NCBI GenBank assembly: GCA_964016885.1
Contig: OZ024740.1
Span: forward strand, 131,006,001-131,070,000
Reading direction: 5' to 3'
DNA length: 64,000 nucleotides
Source: Eledone cirrhosa
Lineage: Eukaryota
In this document: piece after piece, positions 1 through 13,888 of the stretch
Layout: each line of letters opens with the position of its first letter
Position numbering within the stretch: position 1 is the stretch's first letter
Position numbers and translations under genes: made by a program
The notes under the pieces: model-generated
Database searches by the model: none
What the model was told of the DNA's origin: nothing
The model's input: only the letters and a program-made list of their open reading frames with translations

Positions 1-718
1 GGTGAGAGTGTACTTTCATTCATGCTTGAAATAGTAAGTGAATGTTTTCTGGTCATTACAACCCGTTTCATTAGATATGAAATATAATTGCGCAGTCAGC
101 ACCTGCGCAAGAAAATATGTGACTAGGCATATATTGAACATGTTATATTTCATTACATTTTTCAGTCAGTTATGCCTATATCTCATATATAAATTCATAC
201 GTACACGTATAGAGATGCAGTTACATAGATACTAAATAGCTTCTCCTAAAGTATCACCCTTTGTGGCATTCATTAAATGATCAAGACAGCGAATTGTTAC
301 GTAGGGTGCGACGTCAACGCTGCATAATGTGTTAGTGTCAGGTGATATAGAAAATAGCAGAGTGCATCAGTCGATTAGCTCTTTTATTTCTCTCATCAAA
401 TGTGGTGTATTTTGTTAAATACAGTATATCACTCAAATACATATTTCATAGCTGCATAAATTGGAAGGCAGGCATTGAATAGTCTAGTGATGAAAAGGGT
501 TTCAATTTGTATTTTATATCATATTTACATTGATATACATCCAACAAGGTGTTAAGAACATGCACCACTATAGGTTAATGACAGGTAGAACAAAGTAATT
601 ATAATGTGTCCACATTAGACACTAATTAAATTAAAATATGAATAAACAATCGTTTTAATACTTCAAAGATTTATGATCTGAGGCAAAAATAAATGACAGA
701 AGATATAGTACACATAAT

Positions 719-766
719 TGTTTCTACGTTAGGCACAAGGCCAGCAATTATCCAGGATATACTAGT
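719..766 (-). mobile_element. 3' stub of tRNA-derived SINE, fused to a copy of downstream genomic DNA
   Basis: tgtttctacgttaggcacaaggccagcaatta matches the 3' end of the SINE copies at 1428 and 37251. The insertion 719-926 is bounded by the 18-bp direct repeat agatatagtacacataat (701-718, 927-944). Confidence 0.8.
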
Positions 767-1140
767 AAAATGGTGCTCCCGCGTATTTAGAGTACGATTG
801 AATATGATAGGTTTTCTAAAATTGCAGTTTATCATAAACAGCGCACAATTGTTATTTACTAAGCCTTTCTCATATGTTATCTTGATAGTTAATTCAAAAT
901 GAAAAAGAAAAAAAATGACATGATTTAGATATAGTACACATAATGAAGCCTGTCAAACAGTCAAGGAGATACACGTAAAATGGTGCTCCCACGTATTTAG
1001 AGTACGATTGAATATGATAGGTTTTCTAAAATTGCAGTTTATCATAAACAGCGCACAATTGTTATTTACTAAGCCTTTCTCATATTTTATCTTGATAGTT
1101 AATTCAAAATGAAAAAGAAAAAAAATGACATGATTTAGAT
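765..1140. repeat. Near-identical ~166-bp direct duplication (765-930 and 975-1140)
   Basis: gtaaaatggtgctccc...gacatgatttagat occurs twice, 210 bp apart, with about 2 substitutions. Confidence 0.95.
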
Positions 1141-1427
1141 GTTCTTGTTTATATGCTTCATTCCACCTGATATATGTTATCTGCTGATTGACCTTTCTCT
1201 GTGTAAATTATATTATGTTATCTTTAAATATGGTTGTCTCAATATCTCCTTCAATTCGCAAATTGTAATTTCTAAAAAGTATGTGTTTGTATATTTATTT
1301 CTCTAATTGAACAATACATTGTATGTATATGTCTTTAAATGTACACGTTCAGAATTGCCTTTTTTGTATATTTCTTTACAACGCATACTGGACTACATCA
1401 TCCCTTTCCCTGTACATTAACTATAAT

Positions 1428-1611
1428 TGTTTCTATTTTGGGCACAAGGCCAGCAATTACCCAGTGCATTACTGGTACTTTATTTTATCGACCCCGTAAG
1501 GATGAAAGACAAAGTCAACCTCGGCGGGTTTTGAACTCAGATCGTAAAGGGACGTAACTATACTGGAAAGCATGGCGTCCGACCCTCTACCTATACTGCC
1601 AATCCACCGCT
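1428..1611 (-). mobile_element. tRNA-derived SINE, full length, with 17-bp TSD
   Basis: Minus strand has an A-box-like tggcagtatagg and a B-box-like gagttcaaaacc. Homologous to 37251-37434 and 56865-57038. TSD tgtacattaactataat at 1411-1427 and 1612-1628. Confidence 0.9.
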
Positions 1612-2402
1612 TGTACATTAACTATAATGTGTATCGATTTCATACACACTCTATGAGACATAGTTGCATGACATGTTTCATTCATACACCGTTTAAACAC
1701 AGTGTTTAGAAGGCACAACACAATATTTGAAGGACATATTAATGTTGCAAAACCTACTTCAGGCTCATGTGCATTTCGATATTTTCAAATCAGTATGTAT
1801 CTAGAGATATTTAAGAGATATGCTAAGAGTTGTAGCTGACATCTTATTGTTTGGCATAATATGGCTTCAAACATTTATGGATATAATAACTACTTTATCA
1901 ATTTCATGACGATTTTTTATATCATATATGCGCAGAACATGCCACTTTAAGTGATTATTTTTGTCATAGTTACTCCTGAATCAGCGTAATCAAAATAGTC
2001 AATACATAGTTGAGTACGATCAAAATAGCTGAAATATTAAAATTGTAATTACAAAACATAATTCTGGTAGAAATAGTAAGTATAAGCAGTAGTAAGTAAT
2101 ATTTAGAAATATGATATCGTCTCAGAAATGTGCAATATATTAATTTTTATTTTTATTTAAAATAATAATTCAAATATAATTCTAGTAACAAACGTTCCAA
2201 CTAATCTGTCAAAATGGCATTGCAAAAAAATTAATGTTGGCAGTACATTGAAGAAAATAACGGAAAACGCCACTGTAAGAAATGCGAATATTATATTTCT
2301 AGCAAACCTTGATCATTGGCTATAAAATGACCGCATAACGTAACGCGAGATATGTCAAACATCTGTAAGATGAACTATAGAACGTATCGAATTTGTATTG
2401 TG

Positions 2403-2455
<53 letters not shown>

Positions 2456-2515
2456 CCTCTCTCTCTCTCTCTATCTCTCTCTTTTTCTCCCCCTCCCCTC
2501 CCCCTTTCTCTCTCT
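2403..2515. repeat. (CT)n microsatellite
   Basis: Directly visible; it produces the SLSL/ERER artefact ORFs. Confidence 0.95.
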
Positions 2516-4129
2516 GCGTCTCCTCTATTACCATTGTCTTCTTTATATGAAAGTTGACGACTTTGTATACAACAGACCAGTTGTACATTTATTAATTTCA
2601 ATGTAACCAGGATAGCATTAATTATTTACAGCATGATGAATCATAGGTTGCTAACTTGCCAATGATGAATGATATGGCGTCAAACAACTGATGTAATATA
2701 TGAGGTGAGCTTCAAGATTCTGCTCTTCATGAGATGTTGTTTGAAATAAGGATTAACTACGTAAACTGCATGCAGATTGTATAAATATTCAGAAAAAATG
2801 ATTTTGTGTGAATAGTTTGCCACCAGTATTGGCATTATTGGCATATGTATAACAATTCTACTTACAGTCGTAGTATTATTTGGATTTTCTTTAGATATTT
2901 TAAAATTCATCAAAGACTACATTTTGTTAAAGGAAGATTGTTATTCATGCAATTGTTATGCTATGAATGGTACCAATGTTTCAATGTTTAAAGATATATT
3001 CATGTTTTTAATATGATTTAACAATAGATAATACATCTGCTTAAACATGCTATCATCCGTTACGGAACGGAATATATTTTGAGGCTGTAACAGATGAGTG
3101 CGATTGTACAAAATCTTAAATAGAGTGTAACTTTAGCTTGGGGTTACATGCTTTGATTGAGAGGGTAAGATGAATTATTACATTCATTATTTGTATGTGC
3201 TACATAACAAGAAATCATAACTTAATAGCAAATATGAGGAACAAAAGCCTCAGTCAAAATGTTGATTGAAAATAATTCCATTAATGGTTTTATTACACCC
3301 ACACGAAAGCATAAAACTCAAGCAGGAGATTGTTAATTATCAGTTATGATCCATCCCGTATTAAGGTGTCTGAAAATGACCATTCTGTAGATAATGTACG
3401 TTATTCCTTATTTTATTTGTTAAGAGTCCAGTAGAAGCTTCATTTGAGACGGCTTTTCTCAAATAGGTCTCGCACATAGAAGCACTAATCGATATAGGCT
3501 GTACATTAATTTAGTAGACTATCGAGTCTTTTTGGAATGTTTAGCATCAACTATTGTCCGTATGTATGTGTTTGTGGCTGAAGATGGCAGATTAGATTTC
3601 GTGTCAATATTTTCATGCATGTGCAGTATATATTTTCAATAATACCTGACCGACGGAGGCCTTTAGGGAACCGGACATTCTTGATAGTGTGGAGATAAAC
3701 ATCGTTCTTTTGATAGCTTTTTAGGAAGTTAATATGGAAGGCAACAATTGTTCGTTTCTCTGATAATCTATAAAGTCTCTTCACGCATTCAAACTGGTAC
3801 TGGCTCAGTTGTGAGGATAATAAAATGTTGTAGTTTACTTGAAAATTTGTGGAATATGAAATACAACCAAAACTGAAATAAATGTGTTATGTGGAGGGCC
3901 AACATAGCATGTGAGATATAAGTGCCTATGTAATAAGAATTTGAGAAAATGTAACAAAAGAACTGAGTTAAAATTGCGAAAACGATAGGTTTCCTTGGCA
4001 ATTTTAATGATTCCAAATATTTTCGGATTTACCATCAAATAACAAGGGAGGTTCGGCGGTGTGAGCTCCGAGAGAAACTAGACGAATTTCAGGAGTTACT
4101 GGTCGATTTAACTTCAATGAATCAACGAT

Positions 4130-4608
4130 AAAAAACGTTACAGTTTAATGTTGTTTACGCATGTTTGTAAGGTGAAATATGTGAGAGCATGGGTAATATG
4201 TACATGGCTGCAAGTTTGTATATGTAGTGAGGAACATACTTTTGGGTATATGAGTAGGTGTGTGCATGTGTAATTTGTCTGCAACATTGTTTTGTTATTT
4301 TTTCTGCTAGATGACCTGGCAAAGCAAGTAAAGAATTGTATTGCTGTCAGTATTTGTTGTGTCAAACTAGATGTCCACTCACATCCTCTAAGGGATGTAC
4401 ATGCTGCTAGCATTAGGCTCGTCAGCTTAAGATAGGAATAGAAAGTTCGTTAGATTCGATAGCTGGGATGTTGGCACGATGCTATAATTAGGTTGGACAT
4501 TTTAGGTTAGCCATTAAGGTGCATTCCTTTCCTCTCTATTATTGATGGTGGACTTTATTTGCTTAACCAAAAGGGCTTCTTCCATTCTGAACGGGCCTAT
4601 ACTGCGTA
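4130..4608 (-). mobile_element. Degenerate Penelope-like element remnant (GIY-YIG endonuclease C-terminus)
   Basis: Minus translation RMEEALLVKQIKSTINNREE resembles the E-A-x-x-I-x4-P-x-I-N-x-R-E-E end of PLE GIY-YIG domains. It abuts a (CA)/(TA) tract and is heavily decayed. Confidence 0.4.
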
Positions 4609-4611
4609 TCA

Positions 4612-4702
4612 TATACACACACACACACACACACACATACACACACATGCATACACACATACACACACACACACACTCATGTACACACACACACACACAC
4701 AT

Positions 4703-4765
<63 letters not shown>
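4612..4765. repeat. Compound (CA)n(TA)n microsatellite
   Basis: Directly visible. Confidence 0.95.
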
Positions 4766-4768
<3 letters not shown>

Positions 4769-5054
4769 TTGGCGTGGCAATAAAATCTTGAGCATAACCC
4801 TTTACGTGTAACTGCACTACATATTGAAACCAACATTTATTTATTCTGCAAAATATAATCTCCATTGATTGCAATAACCTATTTACAATGCTTATGCAAA
4901 GCATTTACATCTTTCATGAAACGTTCCTTCGGCAATTATGGAAACCAACGCAACAAATCCTCTACCATCTTTTCTAATAAAGCGAAAACAAATTGTCAAT
5001 GATGCTACTTTAATAAATTGAACACCTAACGATTGGACATATTTAAGTCAGGAC

Positions 5055-5710
5055 AATAGGGTGATTGTTTTATCATTGCCACTCTTCTCCTCAGGAAATA
5101 AACTTTCAGCGTTCAAATTGCGCTGTGGTTAGCTTTGTTTCCCTTTCATAATGTTTCGTTAATATAAATAACGAACAACACACTGGAGACGATATTATGA
5201 ACATTCCCTCCCATCAAATTCTTGGCCTAGAGCCGGTATCGGAAACCAGTATTTTCATTAAAATGATGGTGGTTGATTGGCAGGATCATTAGCACGTCGG
5301 GAAATTTGCTCAACGGTATATAGTTACTGCCCTTTACGTTCTAAGTTCAAATTTGCTCTGGTTAGATTTGCCTTTCTTTCTTGTGGGACTGATACAATAA
5401 AGCACCAGTAACTTATTTTTCATTGTCTTTCCGCTCCGCCAAAATTGGATGCCTATGAGGAAATAAAAGACATTTTCATTAAAACGAGGTCGGTGGATTG
5501 GCATTAACTTAGATTGTCGGCCAACATACTTACTGTGTGGAATATGTTATGTAACTTTAAATTTTGAATTCCCATGCTGCTGTGGTTAGTTTGCCTTTCA
5601 ATATTACAGGGTCGATAAAATAAAGTTTCAGTAACAGAATGTGGTCAATTTAATCAACATTCCCTTCACTCAAAATAGTTGGTTTCGTGCAAAAAAAATA
5701 AAAAAATAGT
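5055..5710 (+). mobile_element. Three old, tandem head-to-tail copies of the tRNA-derived SINE
   Basis: Recurring gattggca...gttcaaat...gc(t/g)ctg(t)ggttag...ttgcctttc...gataaaataaa motifs, about 210-220 bp apart. Units are separated by ttttcattaaaa (~5251, ~5473). Confidence 0.6.
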
Positions 5711-8170
5711 TTCATAAAATGTTTATTCAATTTGTGTTAGTTTGTAAATGCAGGGAAACAAAGCAACCGCCTTATGCCTACATTTCACAACTTGTGTATA
5801 AGTATAATGCAAGTTTGTAATTTAAGGAAAAGAAATGCCGCCAAAGGGTATGTCGAAACAAAGAAAACTGTCAATTACAATTTACATCGTCGTTATTATC
5901 TCTCACGAACAACACCTGTCTGTATCTGCATTGCTTTTCTGGTGAATGGAAACGGGGTTTGAAATAAGAATTCCCAGAGCCAGAAGTGACACTACAAATT
6001 ATCCGATTAGCCGTCTTTATTGGACCCTAAATATCAAAAGGCAAATTTGACGCCGGTTGGACGTGAACTTATAGCTGCAAAATTCGGGATAGTTTCCAAA
6101 GTATGTAAGCTGAAAATCTAACGAATTTAACAATTCGTAACCTGTTTACTATTTGAATGGAAATTACGGAATCGTTATTATAATACAGCTGGAATGATAT
6201 TTAACGGAAATCATCATTTATATTCCGCATTCAGCAATTTTAATAGGTTATAAGTTATCGTTGATGTTATTATCTAATTGATCTGATGTCATTAATGTCA
6301 TATGGTATGTCTATATATCAAAATTAAAATAAGTATTTTAATTAATGCAATTATTAACTTGCTATAATCATACTAACTCTTCAATACACTTAATATAAAG
6401 TAACTATTTAGATTTCTACTGACAATTATAATGCAAGATAACTAAGCTGTATTCATTACTACAGTGACATTCTACAATAAACCAGCAGTGATTATTCAAC
6501 TCCCTCAAATATATAAATACTATGTCAAAATCTACATTAGATATTATATTACTGTGTAAATATTATGTAATTTGGCAATGTCTGCTTTTAATAGTCAATT
6601 CATCTTGACTAATTTTATTACTAAATTCAATAAATTATTCCACATTTACAGTTATTTCTATCTTATAACTGTAATTGCTATGTGTTTTTGAAAATTAAAT
6701 AAATATCGATCCCTAAAACTACAGTTATTATATGTTTCAATGTTTTAAAATATATAAGTAAACTGAAATTGGAAACGATTTATTCTAAGGAAGCATTGCT
6801 CGATTAAATTACTAATAGATTTTCGCTGATGTTTTGTAATTTAGTCGATTATTCTAACGTAGATAACTGATGTTGTCCATCACTTAGTACATAGATGAAC
6901 GGTGATCTGATTTCCAGCACATAATGGCTTTCATTTAACGTGTGTGTCAGGATATTATCTACTAGAATACTTTAATTATGTCTGAAAAATCGTCTGTCCT
7001 GTCAACATTTAAGATTTAAATATGGATCTTCGTTTGATATTGTGCAAATGTACTTTATCTTCACTGGTGTACTTATTTAAACACCAATCCTCCTGAGATG
7101 CATCGGTTCAAATATGCTGTTTTGTTACACGTCGAATCATTGTCATTCACAAGGCAAGACGAACGCCAAGCTTTTTGTAAAAGCAAATATCATAGAGTAA
7201 TAATTGTGTTTTAATAAAATATGGAAGAATGTCTAAATTTATACGGAAATGTATCGAATAAATACTATCCAGAGTCTCTATACCTCATGAAATAACAACC
7301 GGACTTAAATCTTGTATGATATTCAAAAATATTGAAATCATTTCTTTTTTGTAATAAACATGTAAACAGAGTTCAACGTATTTCATAGTCACATGGCTAG
7401 TGGCTAAAGCACTAACTCCATCTAGTTAGTTGGAGTTTCAATATGTGCTCACGTTTGTGAATGAGCGGAACAATCCTTTACAGTAGGTGGTAAGTCAGAC
7501 ATAATGCAATTCCTTAAAGAAAGAAACAACATGGATCGGCAGATAAACACGATTGAAGACCTGGCATAACAGCGGGAATTCATTTACAAATCTTGTAGAT
7601 ATAATCAAGATCTGTGTCAATTTTGTGGTAGGCAACCAGACTCATGCATATCACCATATGGAATTAATGATCGATGTTAGAATATATTAGTTTATTACCA
7701 ATAATATGGATTATATTAGTTTATTACCAATATGATGGATTACTTAAACATGAAATAAAAAAAAACACTTTTTCTAGCAAATGATGCATATTATTGAATT
7801 AACAATATCATACAACAGTCATAAACATCACCGAATTCGAATGCATCGAAATATATAAATAAGTACCAATAAAATCGATAGAGAATCCATTCGAATATTA
7901 GAAATGGTCATAAAAGTTAAACTAATTGTCATTTGTATAAATATAATAATAGAGCGTTAAGTATACCAATAGAATGAAGAAAAATCATTAAACGATAGAT
8001 TCTCAAACAAATTTATATCGAATGGTATGTACATTAACTATCATTTTTATAAATACACAGAGATGCATACACCAATGTAACATTATATGTCTAAGTATGT
8101 ATATATGTGCCTTTATAATAAAATAGTAATAACACACACACACAAATACACACAAACACACTCACACTCT

Positions 8171-8202
<32 letters not shown>

Positions 8203-8415
8203 TATATTTTTATATATATTTAATGTTGGTGGTTCCCTAATGGATATAACTGGTCAGTCCGAAATAGTTAATCATGATGTAAGAAATGCATTCGACGTGA
8301 AGCATCCTCTTTTATGTTGAATACTGTTGGTGGTGCGGAAATGGACTTAATATTTATTAAGTAAAATGACAGGACGCCGGCCAGATGAAATTCATTAAAA
8401 ATGTTATTCATGCAA

Positions 8416-8473
8416 ACACTATGTACATTTCATTGGCCACGTTACGTAGGATTCTAGTGACATCATCAGGTGT
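8416..8473 (-). ncRNA. Hammerhead ribozyme-like motif (type I, degenerate stem II)
   Basis: Minus strand: acac CTGATGA tgtcac..gtggccaat GAAA tgtaca TA gtgt. Stem I is 4 bp and stem III is palindromic. Confidence 0.55.
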
Positions 8474-8529
8474 ATATTACATAAAAGTTGTATTATAAAT
8501 GAATAAATAAAGTAAACACATTACAAGTG

Positions 8530-9605
8530 CCAAATTCGAGTCCCAAACTATTTTTTGTCTTGCGTGCTGTACCGGAGACGAGATTTTCTGAAGTGGTTGC
8601 CGTCGGTGCAGTATCGAAGATCGATTTCTGGGTTGTAATCTGGAACTATCTGTCGCCTTGCCGCCAATTAAATGAAAAAGTGAGGGTAGGATCAAACACG
8701 CATTATTGTTTCAAGACCCTTGTGCTGACTCTGAAACCATAATACGTAGGTTTGGCAACCGTCCATTGTCGGACCGGAAGTTGTGGCCAGCGTTTGGTAC
8801 TGCAATGCGGTCACGAATGAAAAGGTTACAGAATGGTACTGTACCATCTCACTAGAATATATTGGGTCACGTTGAGTTTACTGAGGTCAGCCGCCTTGAT
8901 TATTGAGAACAATTGTCTCATATTTCGGCTGTTGACGTAATGTTGTAGTTCTTCCGCCTTGTCTCTCCTGCAATGATTTTGGATGCTGTTGAATTCTCTT
9001 TAGCTGCGAGACTTGAGATGGAGTAATTTGCCTTTCAGGAGTTGAGATAATGGGTGGGATACAAAAGCAATTAAGGCTTTCCGTTTTGCTGAAATTATTT
9101 GGGAGATCTAAGGATCGTTATGGTCGAACCAATCTTGCTGGTGCCTTTTCGAATGTCCGATGGTTTCTGTTGCAACCTTCCACATGGTATCCCAAATAGA
9201 TGTCCACTCTTCTTGGATTTGTTGACCCGAGTTTGGCATCGAAAGATGAGGCTTCACTGCCACTGCGTTTTCCCTACCTATGTATGGAACGGTCATTGTG
9301 GCGTATCGAAATGCTGTGTAGCTAGGTTTTTGATTCGTGGGCAGCTGCGTGTTCTGATGGTCAGTTTGGCCATAAGCTAAACAAATGTCCTTCCAGCACT
9401 CGCGGGTCCCTGGACGGAGTGTGAGTTGAAGACTTCCCTGCAGTCTCTCTGTTGGTCGTTGGATTAGTCCAGGTTGTGTTATTCCTTAGATCGGGGATGC
9501 CTCCAGATAGTCTTCTGCCAGGCCGCCAGCTGGAAGATATTGTTGATTATGAGACACTGACTACGGTGTCAGCTCTGAATATCGGTGTACATGTCCGGCT
9601 AACAT

Positions 9606-9608
<3 letters not shown>
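8530..9608 (-). mobile_element. RTE-clade LINE fragment (end of APE and linker), decayed
   Basis: EWTSIWDTMWKVATETIGHSKRHQQDWFDHNDP matches the RTE/BovB-type 'G...KHQDWFDEND' motif. Ends at (CT)n. Confidence 0.7.
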
Positions 9609-9699
<91 letters not shown>

Positions 9700-9816
9700 C
9701 TCTCTATCTCTCGCTCTCTTTACCTATCTATCTATATATTTGTCTCATTTTCTCTATCTCCCTGGCTCTCCATCTCTCACACTCTCTCTACCTATATCTA
9801 TCAAACTATCTAATAC

Positions 9817-9894
<78 letters not shown>
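9609..9894. repeat. (CT)n and (TA)n microsatellites
   Basis: Directly visible. Confidence 0.95.
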
Positions 9895-9905
<11 letters not shown>

Positions 9906-10110
9906 GAATAGCTTTCACCGTATTTTTGACTAAAGGAATTTTAGCCTGATTTGGGGGTTTAGAACCCTCAGATAAATGGAAAAAGATGAGTATTGACTCC
10001 CATGTACGTCAATACTCATCTTTTTCCAATTATCTGAGGGTTCTAAACCCAAAAATGTGGCTAACATTCCTTTAGTTAAAAATACGGTGAAAGCTATTCT
10101 ATTTTCTAAT
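9895..10110. repeat. Long inverted repeat (~103-bp arms, 10-nt spacer) between (TA)n tracts
   Basis: attagaaaatagaatagctttcaccg...gagtattgac (9895-9997) is the near reverse complement of gtcaatactc...ctattctattttctaat (10008-10110). Confidence 0.95.
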
Positions 10111-10142
10111 TTCAAACCTGCTCACTGTTTCAAAAACATACT

Positions 10143-10200
<58 letters not shown>

Positions 10201-10208
<8 letters not shown>

Positions 10209-10409
10209 GTGACGTTTCTTTTACAAAATGAAAGATAACCGAGGTGTCCTACACGAGTGAAAGTATAAAGAAAAACAGATGAAATGGAAAATGCAACTGG
10301 AATCTTATTTTAAAAAAGAATATATATATTTATTTGGTTCCTTTACCATTTTCGCAGATCTTCTGCTTTTCAAAAGTAGAGTTGAGATGGAGGGTATGTG
10401 GTTTTTCTG

Positions 10410-10410
<1 letters not shown>
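10201..10410. mobile_element. (TA)n-embedded dispersed repeat, partial copy; related to 58358-58645
   Basis: Shares gtgtcctacac..gtgaaa, caactgga and tgcttttcaaaagta...ttgagatg with 58358-58645. Confidence 0.65.
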
Positions 10411-10474
<64 letters not shown>

Positions 10475-11667
10475 AACTTCGGAAGTGTCATGCTGTCAAT
10501 AAACACACACACACAAGTTGGTTTTCACTTGAACGTATGAATTTCTAATTGGTAAATTTAATAACCGGATGACTGTTCATTTTTTTACTTTCAAAACTCT
10601 TTCGTCACATATTTTGTGACAGCTCCAGTGACTTTTTTTTATTTATTTCGCGTTTCTCCATTTGTTCTGTCCTACATTATTTTGTTTTGGCTTGTACCTT
10701 GTCGTTAGTTTCTAGTTGTGATGGTACTAATCCAGCAATGATTGGAATAGCAATAAAAACACTAATAAATCTAATAAAAGAAACCAACTCACACGAACAG
10801 ATAGAACAGTAGATATTTAAACTTGTGATAGTACATACATTTCTAGCATAACTATGGAAGAATATATGACGCATATTATATGTGAAATAACAAAATATTT
10901 AATGTCGAATGCCAATGTTACATTTAAAATAAACGTAGTAACAAAAAAACATTGAAAAACATCTAAATGATTGACGCCTCATTTTTTTTATTGTATACTT
11001 ATAATTCAATAAATCCTGCCGGAGAATACGGTTAAAGGTTTCGTTCTTTTTGTTTTTATTTTAATTATTTTTTAATACGTATTTCCTTATGGAATATTTT
11101 TCTCTAGTGTGAACACTCTTGGAACTTGTAGATTTAAATCAGTTACTGTAAACTATTTGATACTCCTCTGTACAAATACCATTATCGTGATTCCTCCAGT
11201 GTGTCGATATATTCACGTAAGTGTTTACCTTCAGCTGTCGGAAAGCACACGGTGAAAGCTTTTAATACATTCAGATTCGTGAGAACATATGAATTCCTGC
11301 ACGAAATGTCAAATAGAAGTCATGCTACTAAATGCAAACTAGTCATAATTTATGAGATACAATCATCTGGAGGTCTTTCAAATGACCAGTATTGTTTCTC
11401 TTTAGTAATACAATTCATAAATAACTTTTTTACATATATTTTGTCCATATCTATGGAGAATTCTGAATGTTTAACTGAGTGTGGAAGTTGCGATACAAGG
11501 ATTGTCTATATATAATATAAATATGTATGTAGATGAATAACTAACTCCTTTCTAAAATACTGAATTATTATTAAGTGGACACATGCGAACACATATTTAT
11601 ATATGTGTGTGTGATATTCGTTTAAAGAATAAAAACATAAGTACAGTTGAGTTCACATATTTGTGGA

Positions 11668-12520
11668 GACGTGGGACCGGCTGGGACTTAGCCCAGTAGA
11701 GATCCCCTTTTCCTTCTCCCCCTGTTGACGTCAAGGCCCCCAACGCATTTGGGATGGCATCCAGTGCAGCCCGGCCTCAGACAGGCTCACGCGCCAGCTC
11801 GACCAGCTCCGCCTTGCTTGTTTTCGTGCGGCCTCCAAAACCTACAGCGGTGTCTGACTCCATGCCCTGCCCTTCTTCTCCACTGCACTCAGCGAGACAA
11901 CCATAGCCTACGCATCGGTGTTTCCCTGAGGCTTGGCCTCCGGATCTGCCAGCCACACCAATGTCGCTTCGGTTCCACCGTGGAATATTTCGGCCCCCAC
12001 CCACTTTCCTGTCGCCATAGTGCCGGCTTTATCCCACGCTATGCTGCCCTCAACGAGTTCATTAAGCATGGCTTGGACACTGCAGGCTTCCCTTCCCAGC
12101 ACGAGCCGGTGGAGCTGGATCGAGGGGACGGCAAAAGGCCAGATGGCATGACCATCTTCCCGTTCCGCGGTGGGAAACCCCTCGACTGCGATGCCACATG
12201 CACCGACATTTTCTGCAGCCGCAACCTGGGGTAGTCTGCGACTGACCCAGGTTCTACTGCACGTCGGGCTGAGGGGGACAAACTCCTCAAATACCGGTCG
12301 CTATTCGACAGGTTTGCGGTCGTACCGCTGGCAGTGGAGACTCCTGGTGTCCTCGGCCACATGGCTACCTCCATACTCACCCCCATAGGCCCTGAGCTGG
12401 CCAGCCGCATGTGTGATCGTCACGAGTTGGAGTGGCTGTTCCAGCGCGTCTCCCTCGCCGTCTTCCAGGTAAACGCCTTCCCCATTCTCTCGCCGGGGTT
12501 GTGGGTGGACCCCATCGCGT
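11668..12520 (+). mobile_element. 5'-truncated CRE-like non-LTR retrotransposon (zinc finger plus restriction-like endonuclease), pseudogenised
   Basis: GC-rich island. LRLGLRIC.PH.C...G.HPLSC, RY/HAALN and EP..L.R.DGKRPDG.T..P...GKPL..DATC.D, followed by F.P.AVET.G..G and LFQRVSLAVF..NA, match the CRE-type RLE C-terminus. Confidence 0.8.
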
Positions 12521-12804
12521 ATCGTTGTCGTTGTTGTAGAAGAAACAGGAAGACGGCGTCTAATCTAATATGCACATTTTCCACATTTTTACGCATATAT
12601 TTTCACACATTGTCGCATTCTCCTTTCTTTCCCTCATTCACTCTATCTATTTCATTGTACACAAATCTTAGGGAGCATCTCATATAGCAAAGAAGACGGT
12701 ATAGGACAGAAACACCACGTCGCTCGCTAAATATACATGCTACACATTCATGCGTAACACACATTGCCCTACACACATATCATACACATATACATGCACA
12801 AACC

Positions 12805-12840
<36 letters not shown>

Positions 12841-12843
12841 TTA

Positions 12844-12881
12844 TGAGCTGAGGATCCGCTAAGGTGAAACAATTGTTCTCG
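12844..12881 (+). ncRNA. Minimal hammerhead ribozyme-like motif
   Basis: tgag CTGAGGA tcc gcta aggt GAAA caattg TT ctcg. Palindromic stem III; lies in a ~140-bp element between (GA)/(TA) tracts. Confidence 0.6.
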
Positions 12882-12985
12882 GTATGGTGAACTAACTACT
12901 GTGTGACCACTTCTACCTAACTCGTCCCATGGACTGAGTGCTCTACCACTACGGATATTACCTTCCAGTGTTCTATCACTATATA

Positions 12986-13800
<815 letters not shown>

Positions 13801-13888
13801 TATATCCAGTGGGTGTAACTAGGAGTTACTGCAGGTTCACCCGGGTGAGCACTGTGATGATGTGTAGAGCTATACATATATATATATA

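Noticed and set aside
1540-1611. tRNA gene
   Set aside because: The A/B boxes belong to the SINE head; there is no full cloverleaf, and it is a multi-copy element with a TSD.
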